32,868 nt of DNA from the IMG/VR virus record IMGVR_UViG_3300025608_000057, positions 1 to 32,868 of that record. One strand, 5' to 3'. Of this stretch, positions 20,301 to 28,053 are shown piece after piece. Each line of letters opens with the position of its first letter. Position 1 is the first letter of the stretch. Source of the DNA: a virus. Taxonomy: Duplodnaviria > Caudoviricetes. Under the pieces are notes generated by a model. That model searched no databases, was not told the origin of the DNA, and saw nothing but the letters and a program-made list of their open reading frames with translations. A program made the translations under genes and the position numbers.

Positions 20301-20373
20301 CATTAGGTATCAATCTTTCGTCAGAATCTTTATTCATTCGACCCAACGTAAAAGTATTTTTAATTTCTGCCAT
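11368..20373 (-). CDS. Tail nozzle/muzzle (stabilization) protein with long C-terminal Ig-like/FN3 extension
   Basis: 3001 aa. The N-terminus (MAEIKNTF..GRMNKDSDERL..GEYRDALN) and motifs LFWTDD.NQPRKI, RFSYRWKY.DGEYS, NRIIYGNY, YGSIQKL and YGIG.NPESF match crAss-like/P22 gp10-type nozzle proteins. It follows two ring-protein genes. Confidence 0.82.
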   Translation of the reverse strand: MAEIKNTFTLGRMNKDSDERLIPNGEYRDALNVNITNSEGSDVGAIENLLGNEKISAITSTLENSKTIGAIKWDLQEKIYWFVTSDYSDSIYEYNQIQNKVVPILVDLKSKSNSVLGGVTIKSNENSELVIKNYNKLELELIIGGSLNTQLIGSQTLIKNTVYLKNTVFDIDIEIPKNTIIEYQKNNELVFYDIEYLGNTLEIIDLNAEYVYNTILNFNKNKFITGINIIDGILFWTDDFNQPRKIDISKFKKYTNGNSNIRTQINGKSFKEKDIAVAKKAPLSAPKLDLNATPNQLGKYIRVLSLNFNGLDTNKNNKFTITWTADNIQWKEGSFITFEPVSGQSTKVEGELEVVKITGTTTKTIDLKILSLIGEVEDENFVFELKQDQGKSLYELKFPRFSYRWKYYDGEYSTLSPFSETAFLPGTNFRYNHQEGYNLAMTNNVRSIKLTDISLGDDDVEEIQIVYKDSSNNNLYIIDKKNKSDFNGIYELEKEIIHSVVENNQLLRQWDNVPRKAKAQEISSNRIIYGNYLQNYNVTNKVDFTVAREDYPINASVAGQRTLKSDRNYQIGVVYIDEFNRQSPVFSNPSGILNLNKRFSIKNNAAKVKINSAAPAWATHFKYFIKEVSNEYYNLAIDRVYQEEDDPSFVWLSLPSSDVNKLNKEDYLLLKKEHDSPDPVVSENNRFKVLEIKNEPPEFITAKQKVVTNLSQVEFLKTLGAVTSNTINTKATNQTPVKGGTSIIIGRTAGSDGINDTQVKLLTTGQNIKFIAEGNDKESNSYKIKNIKTITGGNGAENFAQIFIYGSFDSDVESLYTDAGALYSNITMQVSEKDTNINTSEFAGRFFVKLKNNNILEKSIIEKLIAEEDKEYISIHTESQINGNDNENGKTRPGKIDKKVFPYFVSHGGLKNGGGGTTTGEKRGRKGKRFKDKNTKTEFDISFTQSSRFTDATLLGVIEVGSKIKFSTHDHEYQVEDLKITERTDHGWLQILGGDKQSTVHIKFTERLKENLCIYGNDTPEFSFSIIKEKISDDAGFSSLSPAVFETEPKENIVDLDLYYETQDAYSIDQHGDEQILRWYNAFNFNGVESNRIRDDFNAPTIDKGVRASTTLEEKYKEDRVSNGLIWSGIINSKNGINESNQFIQALNITKNLLPSYGSIQKLYTRDSDLVALCEDKIVKVLADKDMLYNADGTGNLAASNLVLGSAIPFNGEYGIGLNPESFAVHGYRIYFVDKVRGAVLRLSMDGLTDISIVGVSDFFKNRLNTYSTFIGSYDEYNGCYNVSIPCLDTICFDEASKGWTSRKSFVPDAGVSLNSKFYTYNNGELWEQDSVNALRNNFYGTQYTSSVQYVINQDASVVKRFRTLSYEGTKDWKAKVVTDQNTSSTLSFIEKENKYFSNIQGEDKNISNIDLKNFSVQGIGKPSSVSSVTAKTQKTFKIKLKPKTIAGFSCDKPIVNETGIAIKETIVSFDDTSKLAKIEIQPKDGYELDPKDFKTKGIDWTKDGDNIVAEVPVEKLEEIKKSNDDSNFKEDDTIIFDDIETLTGDGKLKDDSDAVTEDGIDEIFEIPYEGVAKEKEFTVSGNFTSNIQNATINTASGAYSVTNTKNRKIQTVIRKITPDSGYNIFIDDIESNNGRATFDAIKNSDGTITLTEFITIDGINEANINYEISLSAIEEIIPNPKIEGVIIPKTSIPLDGGELIVEIIGDPGADGSALILDENGDVIESIPFIIPDEGEVGITFDVPASLADTTVNVQIDPGNNTDEAPGIGLGEPFSINQKQNDISEIKISALSYVFTDGIIFQAGRSNTQVITGYEKESSNGTKTLSWEIGPPSGVTWNEIRDIIPNDFISISGENNIVKYSNLSSEILTSGNIGYLKITADVYVEEFLGNQEIILNIDNIVSKEITLTFSFAVPGSVNYTYSSANNIDVTGNAGSSIGDAANNLLLFKLVPSASYNFERPSDIKTFLIENFILEENSTDVTSTYVDSFIYEENDDKSISIGFKIDKSVLFPNTNSTINLKPKTISTFDAANKTISNTLINIYCSDSNNDPVDSVTYISTSGGNANLVNSFSDNVEVNIAKTITKTIAPVNGFTFENAGTITVTTTATNATLGVGGVTTTIDNNGAIVCSIPYTATAENAILDVKIQTPDPIRLITPIVISTGFNDKKDAASDNVVENKVVYTNGDPNDPQPGDKFFEDENGTILLDDLFYSIGNEIVEIKGGSVNVLINKSKIDRGTKPIIDSIEIVSNSYASFSVIANISYSGGADISEVGITYDTIYQLPNGLTGSINLPINTINKGKYSESYTNMNIPSLNVDTNGIKVKVIDAKPTDHTGPLYVTKDGGAVSSSNPLFEHSPVLYLKAYAKNTKQTDNIAYSDTIQVPIVYNKSISLSVSTSTASSVSYVKKNSLATNLQIGNWQEGYKANFGAVLSNPSKVNTDLISYGVLISDQNSNPAFNSDFTLPSNVKMFVFDNNIGTSVTGSLNIYNLKPDTTYYYKAFAWIKGKTASDIPYNSNNNATIYPFGVTLKNNWQGTGTTIYYGSANSLTTGAFGLPTVVTNDATDKTSNSVKLNGNITNINGSTLLGKGFVLSAQGVPDVINNDFIFSISGQTTGAFNKTVNNLLSNINYRYRAFGEGEKGFSYGNIKTFTLEDAVIPALNISAATSLTENSAILNGKIVSAGNSSITESGFIYFPGAGLSTANFDINYAGVQIADTTDFVGNFSKAISGLAENTTYSFRSYAKNSGGYGYSNEILTFTTNKSLVLPAITMQPLELTNATIEGLGKLKINAIISNTNSFSNIGLTIFKYSLSEIRSSEALFYDKGYKNKHFTKNGNTVSYELELTSNIAISFQYWIENNAGKQYSEISFWVPPLKFRKNQTSYYFLPRRSNFNTFYLDSDYVNNITITFGPYSNDRPTILENYTPKDVAVSGTGGVSIFSFDDSKKPSITTVNKVILTITKDQFTSAYLAPKNFKNIPDTLKIEIPIFIQGNNWKEGKMNLII
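11780..13665 (-). repeat. Four to five degenerate fibronectin type III-like domains within the nozzle extension
   Basis: Recurring patterns P...T..S..L.G.I, GF, and L.(P/E)NT.Y..(R/K)(A/S)(Y/F)A.N..G..YS/G, e.g. NLKPDTTYYYKAFA, NLLSNINYRYRAFG, GLAENTTYSFRSYAKNSGGYGYS. Confidence 0.72.
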
Positions 20374-20378
20374 TTAAA

Positions 20379-21266
20379 TTAATGTTTAATTTGCTTAGAC
20401 TTACCTCTCATTAATTGCGTCATTTCAGCTAAATTCAAATTAGAAAGTCTTAATTTAGCTAATCTTATAGCTGCTCTTTTTTCTTTTTTATATCTATTTA
20501 TTTGATATTCAGGAATATTTTCTTTTACAGAAAGCAAAGAATGCATAATGCTTTTATACATAGCTTCTTCTGAAAACTTATGTATTATCATATCATCATC
20601 TGTAGCTAAGCCATCTGATATGTATTTTATAATAATTAGTCTTTCAGAAAAATCACTACTAAAAGAAATTTTACCATTTTCTTCGTCAATAAAATAAACA
20701 CCATTTTTTGTAGCGTTTACAGGGTCTAAGCCATATCTTTTCCCATAATCAACATTATATTCATCTCCATCTTCTAAATAATTTATATCATTATTTTTTT
20801 TACTACTATTGTCACCATTAGCGTGCCACTTTTTTTCTGTTTCTGATTTAACTGCAAATGTTAAATTTCCCGCTGCATCAGTTATATAGTTGTAATCGCT
20901 ATCTTGCAACACAGGGCGAGGCGTGCTTGATAGTTTATTAGGCAATACTAGCAATTCTACACCATTAGTATTAACCCATGTAATTTTTACTATATTAACG
21001 CAGTCGTGAGGTAGCGCAACTGAAAGAGAAGGTGGTATTTCAATTTCTTGTGTTCGTACAGATCTTAATGTATCATAGTTAAGCTCTTGAATAGCACGTT
21101 GCGCATAAAATGCAACATCAGATCTTTTTGCTTTTTTAATAATACGCTCTTTGCCTGTATAACCAACTATAAAATTAGAAATAATATCACTTAAAGTAAT
21201 AAATCTATAATTTCCTAAATTGTTACTATCGTAATATTCCTGAGGGGTGTTGTTTAAAAGAGCCAT
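20379..21266 (-). CDS. Tail ring / tubular structural protein
   Basis: 295 aa with AQRAIQELNYD, LPHDCVNIVKITWV and IKYISDG. Position between the ring and nozzle genes matches crAss-like tail ring proteins. Confidence 0.68.
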   Translation of the reverse strand: MALLNNTPQEYYDSNNLGNYRFITLSDIISNFIVGYTGKERIIKKAKRSDVAFYAQRAIQELNYDTLRSVRTQEIEIPPSLSVALPHDCVNIVKITWVNTNGVELLVLPNKLSSTPRPVLQDSDYNYITDAAGNLTFAVKSETEKKWHANGDNSSKKNNDINYLEDGDEYNVDYGKRYGLDPVNATKNGVYFIDEENGKISFSSDFSERLIIIKYISDGLATDDDMIIHKFSEEAMYKSIMHSLLSVKENIPEYQINRYKKEKRAAIRLAKLRLSNLNLAEMTQLMRGKSKQIKH

Positions 21267-21269
21267 TTA

Positions 21270-21944
21270 TTAAGATTTTTCTTGTGTTATTTTTTTATTG
21301 TCTATACTTTGTGCAACCTGAGTTATTTCTGGTTGTTTAATAGAAAGCCCTGCATATGAAAGTATTTTTATAACTAAATTAGGCTCATCAGATTCATGCA
21401 ACTCAAAATTAATTGAATTAGAAGAATCATATAAAGCTACGCTATTTATTTCGCTATAAGCCCATTGGACTGTATTTGGAATTTTTATATAATTTATAGA
21501 TATAGAACTTGCATAAGGATAAACATATATAGACGTACCTTTCTTAGTGTACACAGGATAAGTAGTAGTGGGAGTTGTAAGAGGCGAAGCATTAATAGCT
21601 TGTAATTCTTTTTCGCTAACATAACAAACTTCTACATTGCCTTCAACTATAGAGCCTACTCTATATAGGTTTTCGGGCGTTGTATGAAATAAATTATCTG
21701 TTATTAAATTTTCTGTAACCTCAAATATGCTAATTTTTTCTTCAATGTTGTTAATAATATCCGCATATTCTGAATTATTATATCCAACCCTATTGAATTG
21801 GTTTAAATCATAAAAATATTGCTCAAATATTTCTAATTGAGCTTGATTAGCCATAAGATTAAACTCTTGTGGTGTTATGTAACCTCTGTTTTCTTTATTA
21901 AGAATAGCTAGTACTCTTTGATATACTGTATCTACGCTAACCAT
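21270..21944 (-). CDS. Tail tubular / head-tail adaptor ring protein
   Basis: 224 aa with GYITPQEFNLMANQAQLEIF, YIKIP..V.WAY and FELHESDE motifs typical of crAss-like ring proteins. Synteny supports the call. Confidence 0.72.
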   Translation of the reverse strand: MVSVDTVYQRVLAILNKENRGYITPQEFNLMANQAQLEIFEQYFYDLNQFNRVGYNNSEYADIINNIEEKISIFEVTENLITDNLFHTTPENLYRVGSIVEGNVEVCYVSEKELQAINASPLTTPTTTYPVYTKKGTSIYVYPYASSISINYIKIPNTVQWAYSEINSVALYDSSNSINFELHESDEPNLVIKILSYAGLSIKQPEITQVAQSIDNKKITQEKS

Positions 21945-21962
21945 ATTTTTTTATTGTTTATA

Positions 21963-21993
21963 ATGATAAGGGCCACCTAAGCGACCCTATCAC
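21963..21993 (-). terminator. Stem-loop (weak terminator or mRNA-stabilising hairpin) after the 276-aa gene
   Basis: Minus strand GTGATAGGGTCGC-TTAG-GTGGCCCT(T)ATCAT. The G-U pairs work only on the minus-strand transcript. The U-tract is poor. Confidence 0.6.
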
Positions 21994-22002
21994 TATAGTG
22001 GT

Positions 22003-22833
22003 TTATTTTAACTTTTTTTCTATTGATTTATAAACCTCAACACCTTCATCTGTTTTTAAATACGATGCAAAAGCACTGTATGGATTTTCTTCAAAAGGTA
22101 CCGACATTAATTTTTTATTATTAGCCGCCCAGTGAAATGATTTTTGATCACCAGATAAATTAATAATACCGCCTTCAACAGCTTTAATAGCAAAGTTTCT
22201 TAACTGTACGTTGTCGTCGTCTACTAATAAAATAAATGCTTCAGGGTTTCTTTTTGCAAATAGCAATAAATCTCTTTTAATTTCTGAGGAAGTCATTTTT
22301 GACACTCCTGAGCCTTGCTCAACTCTTAAAACAGCTTCTGCGTGATCTATATCTAAATCTCTCGCTAAATTCAGTGCTGTTATTTCAAATTCAAGATCTT
22401 GTAAATCATCTTTAGCTTCTGCAACTGCATCAGCCTCATAGTAAGTTAAATTTCTTTGAGGATGATATAACGTTAATAATTTTTGTAAAGCTTGATCAGC
22501 TTTCGGCACAAACAATGAACCGTTTTTAAAAACAATATGCTTTAAAGTTGAAAACCCATTTTGTTCATCTTTAAATGGTGAGTTTTGATTAGAAGCATAT
22601 CTTAATTCTCTACTCATACTTTTTTCTTCATCCCACCACATTAAAGGATTTCTACTGTGATGTCGTGAAGCAAGGGTAAAACTAATAGGTGCTTTATTGC
22701 CTTTTAAAATATAAGTTCTATCTTTAATTTCCCATTCGTTTTTCTTTTGAATAGGTTTTGTTGGTTGTGGTGTTTCAATCACCTGTGCTACAGGAGCCTC
22801 TACAGCTTCCACAGCTTCTTTTTTCTTAGCCAT
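22003..22833 (-). CDS. Conserved hypothetical protein immediately downstream of the major capsid gene
   Basis: 276 aa with a low-complexity N-terminus and an ordered core (ELRYASNQNSPF, IVFKNGSL.VP). AT-rich leader TTATATTATATTATG. Function not recognisable. Confidence 0.8.
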   Translation of the reverse strand: MAKKKEAVEAVEAPVAQVIETPQPTKPIQKKNEWEIKDRTYILKGNKAPISFTLASRHHSRNPLMWWDEEKSMSRELRYASNQNSPFKDEQNGFSTLKHIVFKNGSLFVPKADQALQKLLTLYHPQRNLTYYEADAVAEAKDDLQDLEFEITALNLARDLDIDHAEAVLRVEQGSGVSKMTSSEIKRDLLLFAKRNPEAFILLVDDDNVQLRNFAIKAVEGGIINLSGDQKSFHWAANNKKLMSVPFEENPYSAFASYLKTDEGVEVYKSIEKKLK

Positions 22834-22855
22834 AATATAATATAATAAAATTGAT

Positions 22856-22898
22856 AAAAAGTAAAGATAGAGGCGCCTTAAAGACGCCCCATCCTTAC
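22856..22898 (-). terminator. Intrinsic terminator after the major capsid gene
   Basis: Minus strand GTAAGGATGGGGCGTCT-TTA-AGGCGCCTC(T)ATCTTTAC followed by TTTTT, 8 nt after the MCP stop. Confidence 0.82.
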
Positions 22899-22906
22899 AT
22901 TAATAA

Positions 22907-24349
22907 TTACGCTCCTTGAGTAACAGACTTAAATAAAGTAAAGTTGTTAGCTCCTTGAACACATAAACATCTTTCAGACAAGAAGTGTACATTCATCTCA
23001 TCAACGTCAGAAGTATAAACTCCACCTACAGATCCAGTGATCCAAGATTTCATTTTTCTATCATCAGCTTCAGAAGCTCTGTAACGAACGTGTAAGAAAG
23101 GACGCTTAATGTTCTTACCTAGTTGCTGATCGTATACAGTTGAAGTACCAGCAGGTACCATCACACCATCAATATCTTCAGTAAGTCCACGTGTTGCAGC
23201 ATCGTTTAAGTATTTCCAGTCAGTTTTGTAGAAGTCATAAGAACCTCTGCGGAAACCGCTGAATCCTAAGTTAAGTGCCATATCCTCACTGTTGTTGAAT
23301 ACTCCGAAAGAAGATCCTCCATTATAGTGAGCATTAACAGCTCCTAGCATATCATCAAAAGCCAATGCAGTTGCACGGTTTAAGAATAACATGTTTTCTT
23401 CAATAGCTCCTTGCTTATCAAGATTTTTAAGAATTTCATCAAAATCTCCTAGTGCAGTACGATCCGCTCCAGCATCAGATAAAGTAGCTTCACCTGAGTT
23501 AAAGTTTTGATAGATATTACCTCTTGACTCAATAGCAGCAAAAAGACCTTCAGTACCTTTATACCCTTGATCGTTAGCTTCAGAACCGTTACCAGTAGTA
23601 GCAGCTAATTCACCTTCAACCATTGACATTTCTAAGTAATCTTCAAAACGTAAACGAGTTTCGTGCTCTGATTTTAAATACCATAAGTATCCTCCAGCTC
23701 CATTTTCAGTAGTTACTTCAACCCATCCAATTTGTGCAGTATCAGAACCAGAGATAGAATATTTATCTTTGATAATAATAGGAGAGTTGCTAAACTGTTG
23801 GAAACCAGCATCTACAGATCCAGTCATACCAGCAGTACCTTTAGCAAATTCAGAACCGTAAACAAATACTTTTACAGTTACAGCAGAACCAGAAGTAAGT
23901 CCAGCAGCTGTTAATGTTTGCTCAGCATAAGGAGCAACAACAAATGTATCAGTAGTAACAGAAGTAACAACAGCTTTAATAGTAGTTAATCCTTCAGCAA
24001 CAGCTACAGTTTGCCCTGCGCGTACAGCGTGTCCAGCTTCTGTGATAGTATTTGTGGTTGTATTAGCAGCTGCAGCATCATAAGCGATATGCAGTCTTCC
24101 TTGTTCTGACCAAATAATTTGATCTGAAGCAGAAGGAATCTCAGCTCCTACCATACGTAAGAAAGAAGATACAGAACGATTTCCGTAACGCTCTACTTCT
24201 TTTTCGTATACATCTGGTAAAAATTGTTGTGCAAATGTTCCACCTCCAGAGGCAGAGTCAAATGTCAGGTAGTTTCCTGAAAAAAGTGTTTTTGTTGGTG
24301 TAGGCGTTAATCCTGCTGGAAACGATCCACCCGTGTTAAATAATCCCAT
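22907..24349 (-). CDS. Major capsid protein (HK97 fold, crAss-like type)
   Basis: 480 aa, lying after portal and scaffold and followed by a terminator. Motifs QFLPDVYEKEVERYG, IIWSEQGRLH, GTEGLFAAI, LGFSGFRRG and FLSERCLCVQGANNF. Confidence 0.88.
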   Translation of the reverse strand: MGLFNTGGSFPAGLTPTPTKTLFSGNYLTFDSASGGGTFAQQFLPDVYEKEVERYGNRSVSSFLRMVGAEIPSASDQIIWSEQGRLHIAYDAAAANTTTNTITEAGHAVRAGQTVAVAEGLTTIKAVVTSVTTDTFVVAPYAEQTLTAAGLTSGSAVTVKVFVYGSEFAKGTAGMTGSVDAGFQQFSNSPIIIKDKYSISGSDTAQIGWVEVTTENGAGGYLWYLKSEHETRLRFEDYLEMSMVEGELAATTGNGSEANDQGYKGTEGLFAAIESRGNIYQNFNSGEATLSDAGADRTALGDFDEILKNLDKQGAIEENMLFLNRATALAFDDMLGAVNAHYNGGSSFGVFNNSEDMALNLGFSGFRRGSYDFYKTDWKYLNDAATRGLTEDIDGVMVPAGTSTVYDQQLGKNIKRPFLHVRYRASEADDRKMKSWITGSVGGVYTSDVDEMNVHFLSERCLCVQGANNFTLFKSVTQGA

Positions 24350-24367
24350 TTTTAATGTTAATTAGTG

Positions 24368-25594
24368 TTAATTTTTAATTTTAAATCTTAAACGACTCGC
24401 ATCATCACCGCTAATTGCCCTAACTTGCATACCGCTAGAAGTTGTAACCTTTTCGTGAGCGCTTCTAGGATTCATATCAATGTTTTTAGAAGTCTTCATT
24501 TGACTTTTAACCGCATCGGCTTTTCCTTGCTCATAAAAATGATTAGCTATAGCATCTGCATTCATTGCAGTAAATAAAGCTTTGTGATATCCTTTTGCAT
24601 CTGATATTTCATTGTTTTCATTAACAAATTTGCTAACTAGTGTATTTATATCTGATTGAGAATCTTTTACTTTATCTACATCTTTAACATTATATCTATA
24701 TTTTGATTCACCAACATTAAATTCAAAACCTTTGAATTCGTTAGAAAACAATTCACTTGTTTTTTGTTCAAATACAGATCTTTGTTGTTGCTTAGATGTT
24801 TGATTCGTTTTATAATCATTGTAAAACTCTATCGCTTCTCTCTGTTCAGGATTTAACTTTGAACTTAACTTAAGTTCATCGTAATATTTATCCTTTAAAT
24901 TAGAAAGGTTTGATTTAGCTTCAGCTATTGATTCCTTAAATGCTAATTTTTTACGCTTTATATCGCGTTCATCATCAACGTCTTCATCATAAGAAAAATT
25001 GTCTTCTATTAAAAATTCAATTTCATCTGTTGCTAGATGAGGTTTTGTTTGTTGATAGTATTCTCGCAATAATTCCATATTGTCCATACTATCATAATCT
25101 TTATTAAGACTAACATAATCTTCAACAGATCCGCCCGTCTCCTCCATAAACTCAATTAGTTTATTTATGTTTTCAGGTAATACAGGAACCTCTTGATTAT
25201 TATTTACGTCTTCCTCCTGTTCTTTAAGCTTATTAGGAATATCTTTTATCTTGTCTAATAAGGTGTTAGAGGCTTCAGCTTCTAGCTCTTCTTCTTGTAC
25301 GAGTTCAACGACTGGACTTTCATCGTTATTGGACCGTACTTCTTCGTCCACTTCTTCGCTATCTGTGGTTCGTTCGCCCACATCCACGCTTGTTGTTTCT
25401 TGCTCTTGAACGGCATCTTCTTTTGTTTTTACAGTTTCCCTTAAATCTAGTTTTATTGTACCGTCTTCATCAATGCTAACGTTACTAGGAGCTTCCTGCG
25501 GTTGCTCTTCTTGCTGTGATTCTTCTTGTGGGGTTTCTGTCTGGTTTTCTACTGTTTCTTGAGTAGTTTCTTCTACATTTGTTTCTTCTGACAT
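24368..25594 (-). CDS. Acidic scaffold-like capsid assembly protein
   Basis: 408 aa with a very acidic, disordered N-terminus and a helical core, located between portal and MCP. Confidence 0.7.
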   Translation of the reverse strand: MSEETNVEETTQETVENQTETPQEESQQEEQPQEAPSNVSIDEDGTIKLDLRETVKTKEDAVQEQETTSVDVGERTTDSEEVDEEVRSNNDESPVVELVQEEELEAEASNTLLDKIKDIPNKLKEQEEDVNNNQEVPVLPENINKLIEFMEETGGSVEDYVSLNKDYDSMDNMELLREYYQQTKPHLATDEIEFLIEDNFSYDEDVDDERDIKRKKLAFKESIAEAKSNLSNLKDKYYDELKLSSKLNPEQREAIEFYNDYKTNQTSKQQQRSVFEQKTSELFSNEFKGFEFNVGESKYRYNVKDVDKVKDSQSDINTLVSKFVNENNEISDAKGYHKALFTAMNADAIANHFYEQGKADAVKSQMKTSKNIDMNPRSAHEKVTTSSGMQVRAISGDDASRLRFKIKN

Positions 25595-25628
25595 AATAAA
25601 ATATTATAAAATTAGTTTTTGGGTATTA

Positions 25629-28052
25629 TTATCTAGGCTCAAAAGCCTCAAGATTAAATCCGCTACCCATGGTATCATTACCCGCAGATTCAAACTCTTG
25701 TTCTCCTTTTTTATCTTTACGTTGTTCTATAAGTTTAGACTGTTGAGAAGCTTGTATTCTAGTTCTTTCGTCTTTTCTATCTTCTTTATATTTTTCTTTA
25801 TTTTCAAAAGCTTCACCCTCTTTTTCTTTAATAGCCATGTTAAGATCAAACTCAAATCGCATAAGCTCTTTCTTCAACTCTTTTTCTTGTTGCATTTTTT
25901 GCATTTCAAGATCTAATTCAATTTGAATAAGCTGTGCTTTTTGATTTGTAATCGCTTCATTCTTTTGAATCTCCATCTGAGCAGCAATTTGTGTATTTTG
26001 AGAGTTTGCATCTGCTTGCGCCTGAATATTGGCTTGCTGTGTTTCTCTATCTAATTGTTGTTTTTTGCGCCTACGTACTTTTAATACTTGGTTAGCTAAT
26101 TTGATATTTTTTATTTCTCTAATATCAATAGCATCTTCAAGATATATTTGATCTCTTGATAAAGCTTGCTGTATATTGTTTTCTAGCATAGCTTTTTCTT
26201 CATCATCAGGGGCAAGTTCAATAAAAATACCAAAATCATGCAAATGCATATTTTTAATTTCTTCTAATGTAGCAACATTGGATCTACCTATGCTAGATAT
26301 AAAAGCATCTCTTGTTGGGGAGAACTCAATTACATCGGATATTCTAAGGCTAATTGCCTCTGCATCCTTTGCTGTTAAATATAAGCTTGACTGTAATATA
26401 TGTCTTGTTGCTGTATTTGAATTTGCAGCTGCAAGTTTTTGTATTCCAACTAAAGCATTAGAATCAGGCATAGATCCATCTCTTGCTTCATTTAATCCGG
26501 TTACATCACGAATCATTTGAAGATAATAATTATATGTACTTATTAATGAAGATATTTTATTATTACCACCATTAGAAGTTAACTCTTGAATAGGTACTTT
26601 ACCTGGATTCATATCTCCATCCTGTGTAAATGATCTACCTATTACAGATCCTGTTTGGAAATACATATTTAATGCTTCCTGCGGATTATAATTAGTTCCA
26701 TTACCTAAATCAATTTCTGCTAAGCCATCTGCGTCCAAATAAACTCCATCAGGAATCATTCTTGACATAACTTGTTGTAGCTTTAAGTGAGTAAGCTGTA
26801 TCATGTCTGCAAAAGAAGTAACTCTACTAACTAAAGACTCTATTCTACCTTTATACATTCTAGGAGCTACAACATTATAATTTAACATTACTTTCGTTGT
26901 ATCACTTTTAGGACGAACCATATTTTTAGCTACTTCCCACTTTAATAACTTTTGAGTTCCTAATACAAAAGCCCCATCATAAACGACTTCAATTGATCTG
27001 GATTCCTTTGTAAATGGCAAATCGCCTTCAGATGGTGGATTGAATTGATCATCTTTTGGAATAGCTTTATCAGCTCCAGATGCTGTTTTCTTTATTTTGT
27101 ATACTTCATTATTATATGTTTTATAATTAAAGTATAATATTTGAATAGTATTAGCGTCTAAAACACTATCTTCATTTACAAAACGATTATGAGAAGCCGC
27201 AGTTTGTACTCCTTGCTGAGTTAATTCCTTAAGATCCTCATCTTGTAAATTTGGAAATTGCTTTTTTAACTCATTTATTGTTACACTTTTAACTTCTCCA
27301 ATATAATATATATCATCAAAATATGGTGAATGAGTGTATGAATAGACTAAATTAGCTGGATCAACATATTCTAATTTAATACCTTCTGAATGATTAAAAT
27401 CATTTTTAGTTGCACCAATACCAATAACTGTTAAATCATAATTAACTCTTTTCCTAATTAAATCATAGTTATTAGCGTTAAAGGTATGATTAATAGCTTG
27501 TTCTTCTGCAATTTCTATAGATTGCTTATACTCAAGCTGTAATTGTAAACCAAGCTCTTCTTCATTCTCAGGAAGATTATTAGGGTCATTATTATATACA
27601 TTAATACCCAGCTGATTCATTATTTGATCAGATATTTCTTTTGTCTGCATATCTTCTAAAACAGATTCAACATAATCTGTTCTTTGTTTTACAGACGAAG
27701 GGTCTTGAGAAAAAGCAACTATATCAAACATTCTATCTGACATACCGTTTACAACAATATCTACGAACTTAGGAATAATTGGCACAGGTTTCCAATCTAA
27801 ATTTAAATAAGACAGATCACCATTAATTGATAATTCATCTTTATATTTCTTTATTGATTGCTCACCTCTAGCATAAAGCCTTAATTTGTGATATTCATCT
27901 CTATTAGAGTAAAAACGAGTTGCACCTGAGTCTCTTTTGAACCACTCGTGTTCAATAGCTCGAGCTACACTTAACCCGTATTCTGAACTTGCCTTTTCAG
28001 CATCGCTCGCTATCTGACTTGGAAATGAACTTTTTAATATTGTTTCAGCCAT
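25629..28052 (-). CDS. Portal protein
   Basis: 807 aa directly after TerL, with RLYARGEQ, PIIPKFVDIVVNG and IRDVTGLNEARDG and a long C-terminal coiled coil (barrel) as in P22/crAss-type portals. Confidence 0.88.
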   Translation of the reverse strand: MAETILKSSFPSQIASDAEKASSEYGLSVARAIEHEWFKRDSGATRFYSNRDEYHKLRLYARGEQSIKKYKDELSINGDLSYLNLDWKPVPIIPKFVDIVVNGMSDRMFDIVAFSQDPSSVKQRTDYVESVLEDMQTKEISDQIMNQLGINVYNNDPNNLPENEEELGLQLQLEYKQSIEIAEEQAINHTFNANNYDLIRKRVNYDLTVIGIGATKNDFNHSEGIKLEYVDPANLVYSYTHSPYFDDIYYIGEVKSVTINELKKQFPNLQDEDLKELTQQGVQTAASHNRFVNEDSVLDANTIQILYFNYKTYNNEVYKIKKTASGADKAIPKDDQFNPPSEGDLPFTKESRSIEVVYDGAFVLGTQKLLKWEVAKNMVRPKSDTTKVMLNYNVVAPRMYKGRIESLVSRVTSFADMIQLTHLKLQQVMSRMIPDGVYLDADGLAEIDLGNGTNYNPQEALNMYFQTGSVIGRSFTQDGDMNPGKVPIQELTSNGGNNKISSLISTYNYYLQMIRDVTGLNEARDGSMPDSNALVGIQKLAAANSNTATRHILQSSLYLTAKDAEAISLRISDVIEFSPTRDAFISSIGRSNVATLEEIKNMHLHDFGIFIELAPDDEEKAMLENNIQQALSRDQIYLEDAIDIREIKNIKLANQVLKVRRRKKQQLDRETQQANIQAQADANSQNTQIAAQMEIQKNEAITNQKAQLIQIELDLEMQKMQQEKELKKELMRFEFDLNMAIKEKEGEAFENKEKYKEDRKDERTRIQASQQSKLIEQRKDKKGEQEFESAGNDTMGSGFNLEAFEPR

Positions 28053-28053
28053 G

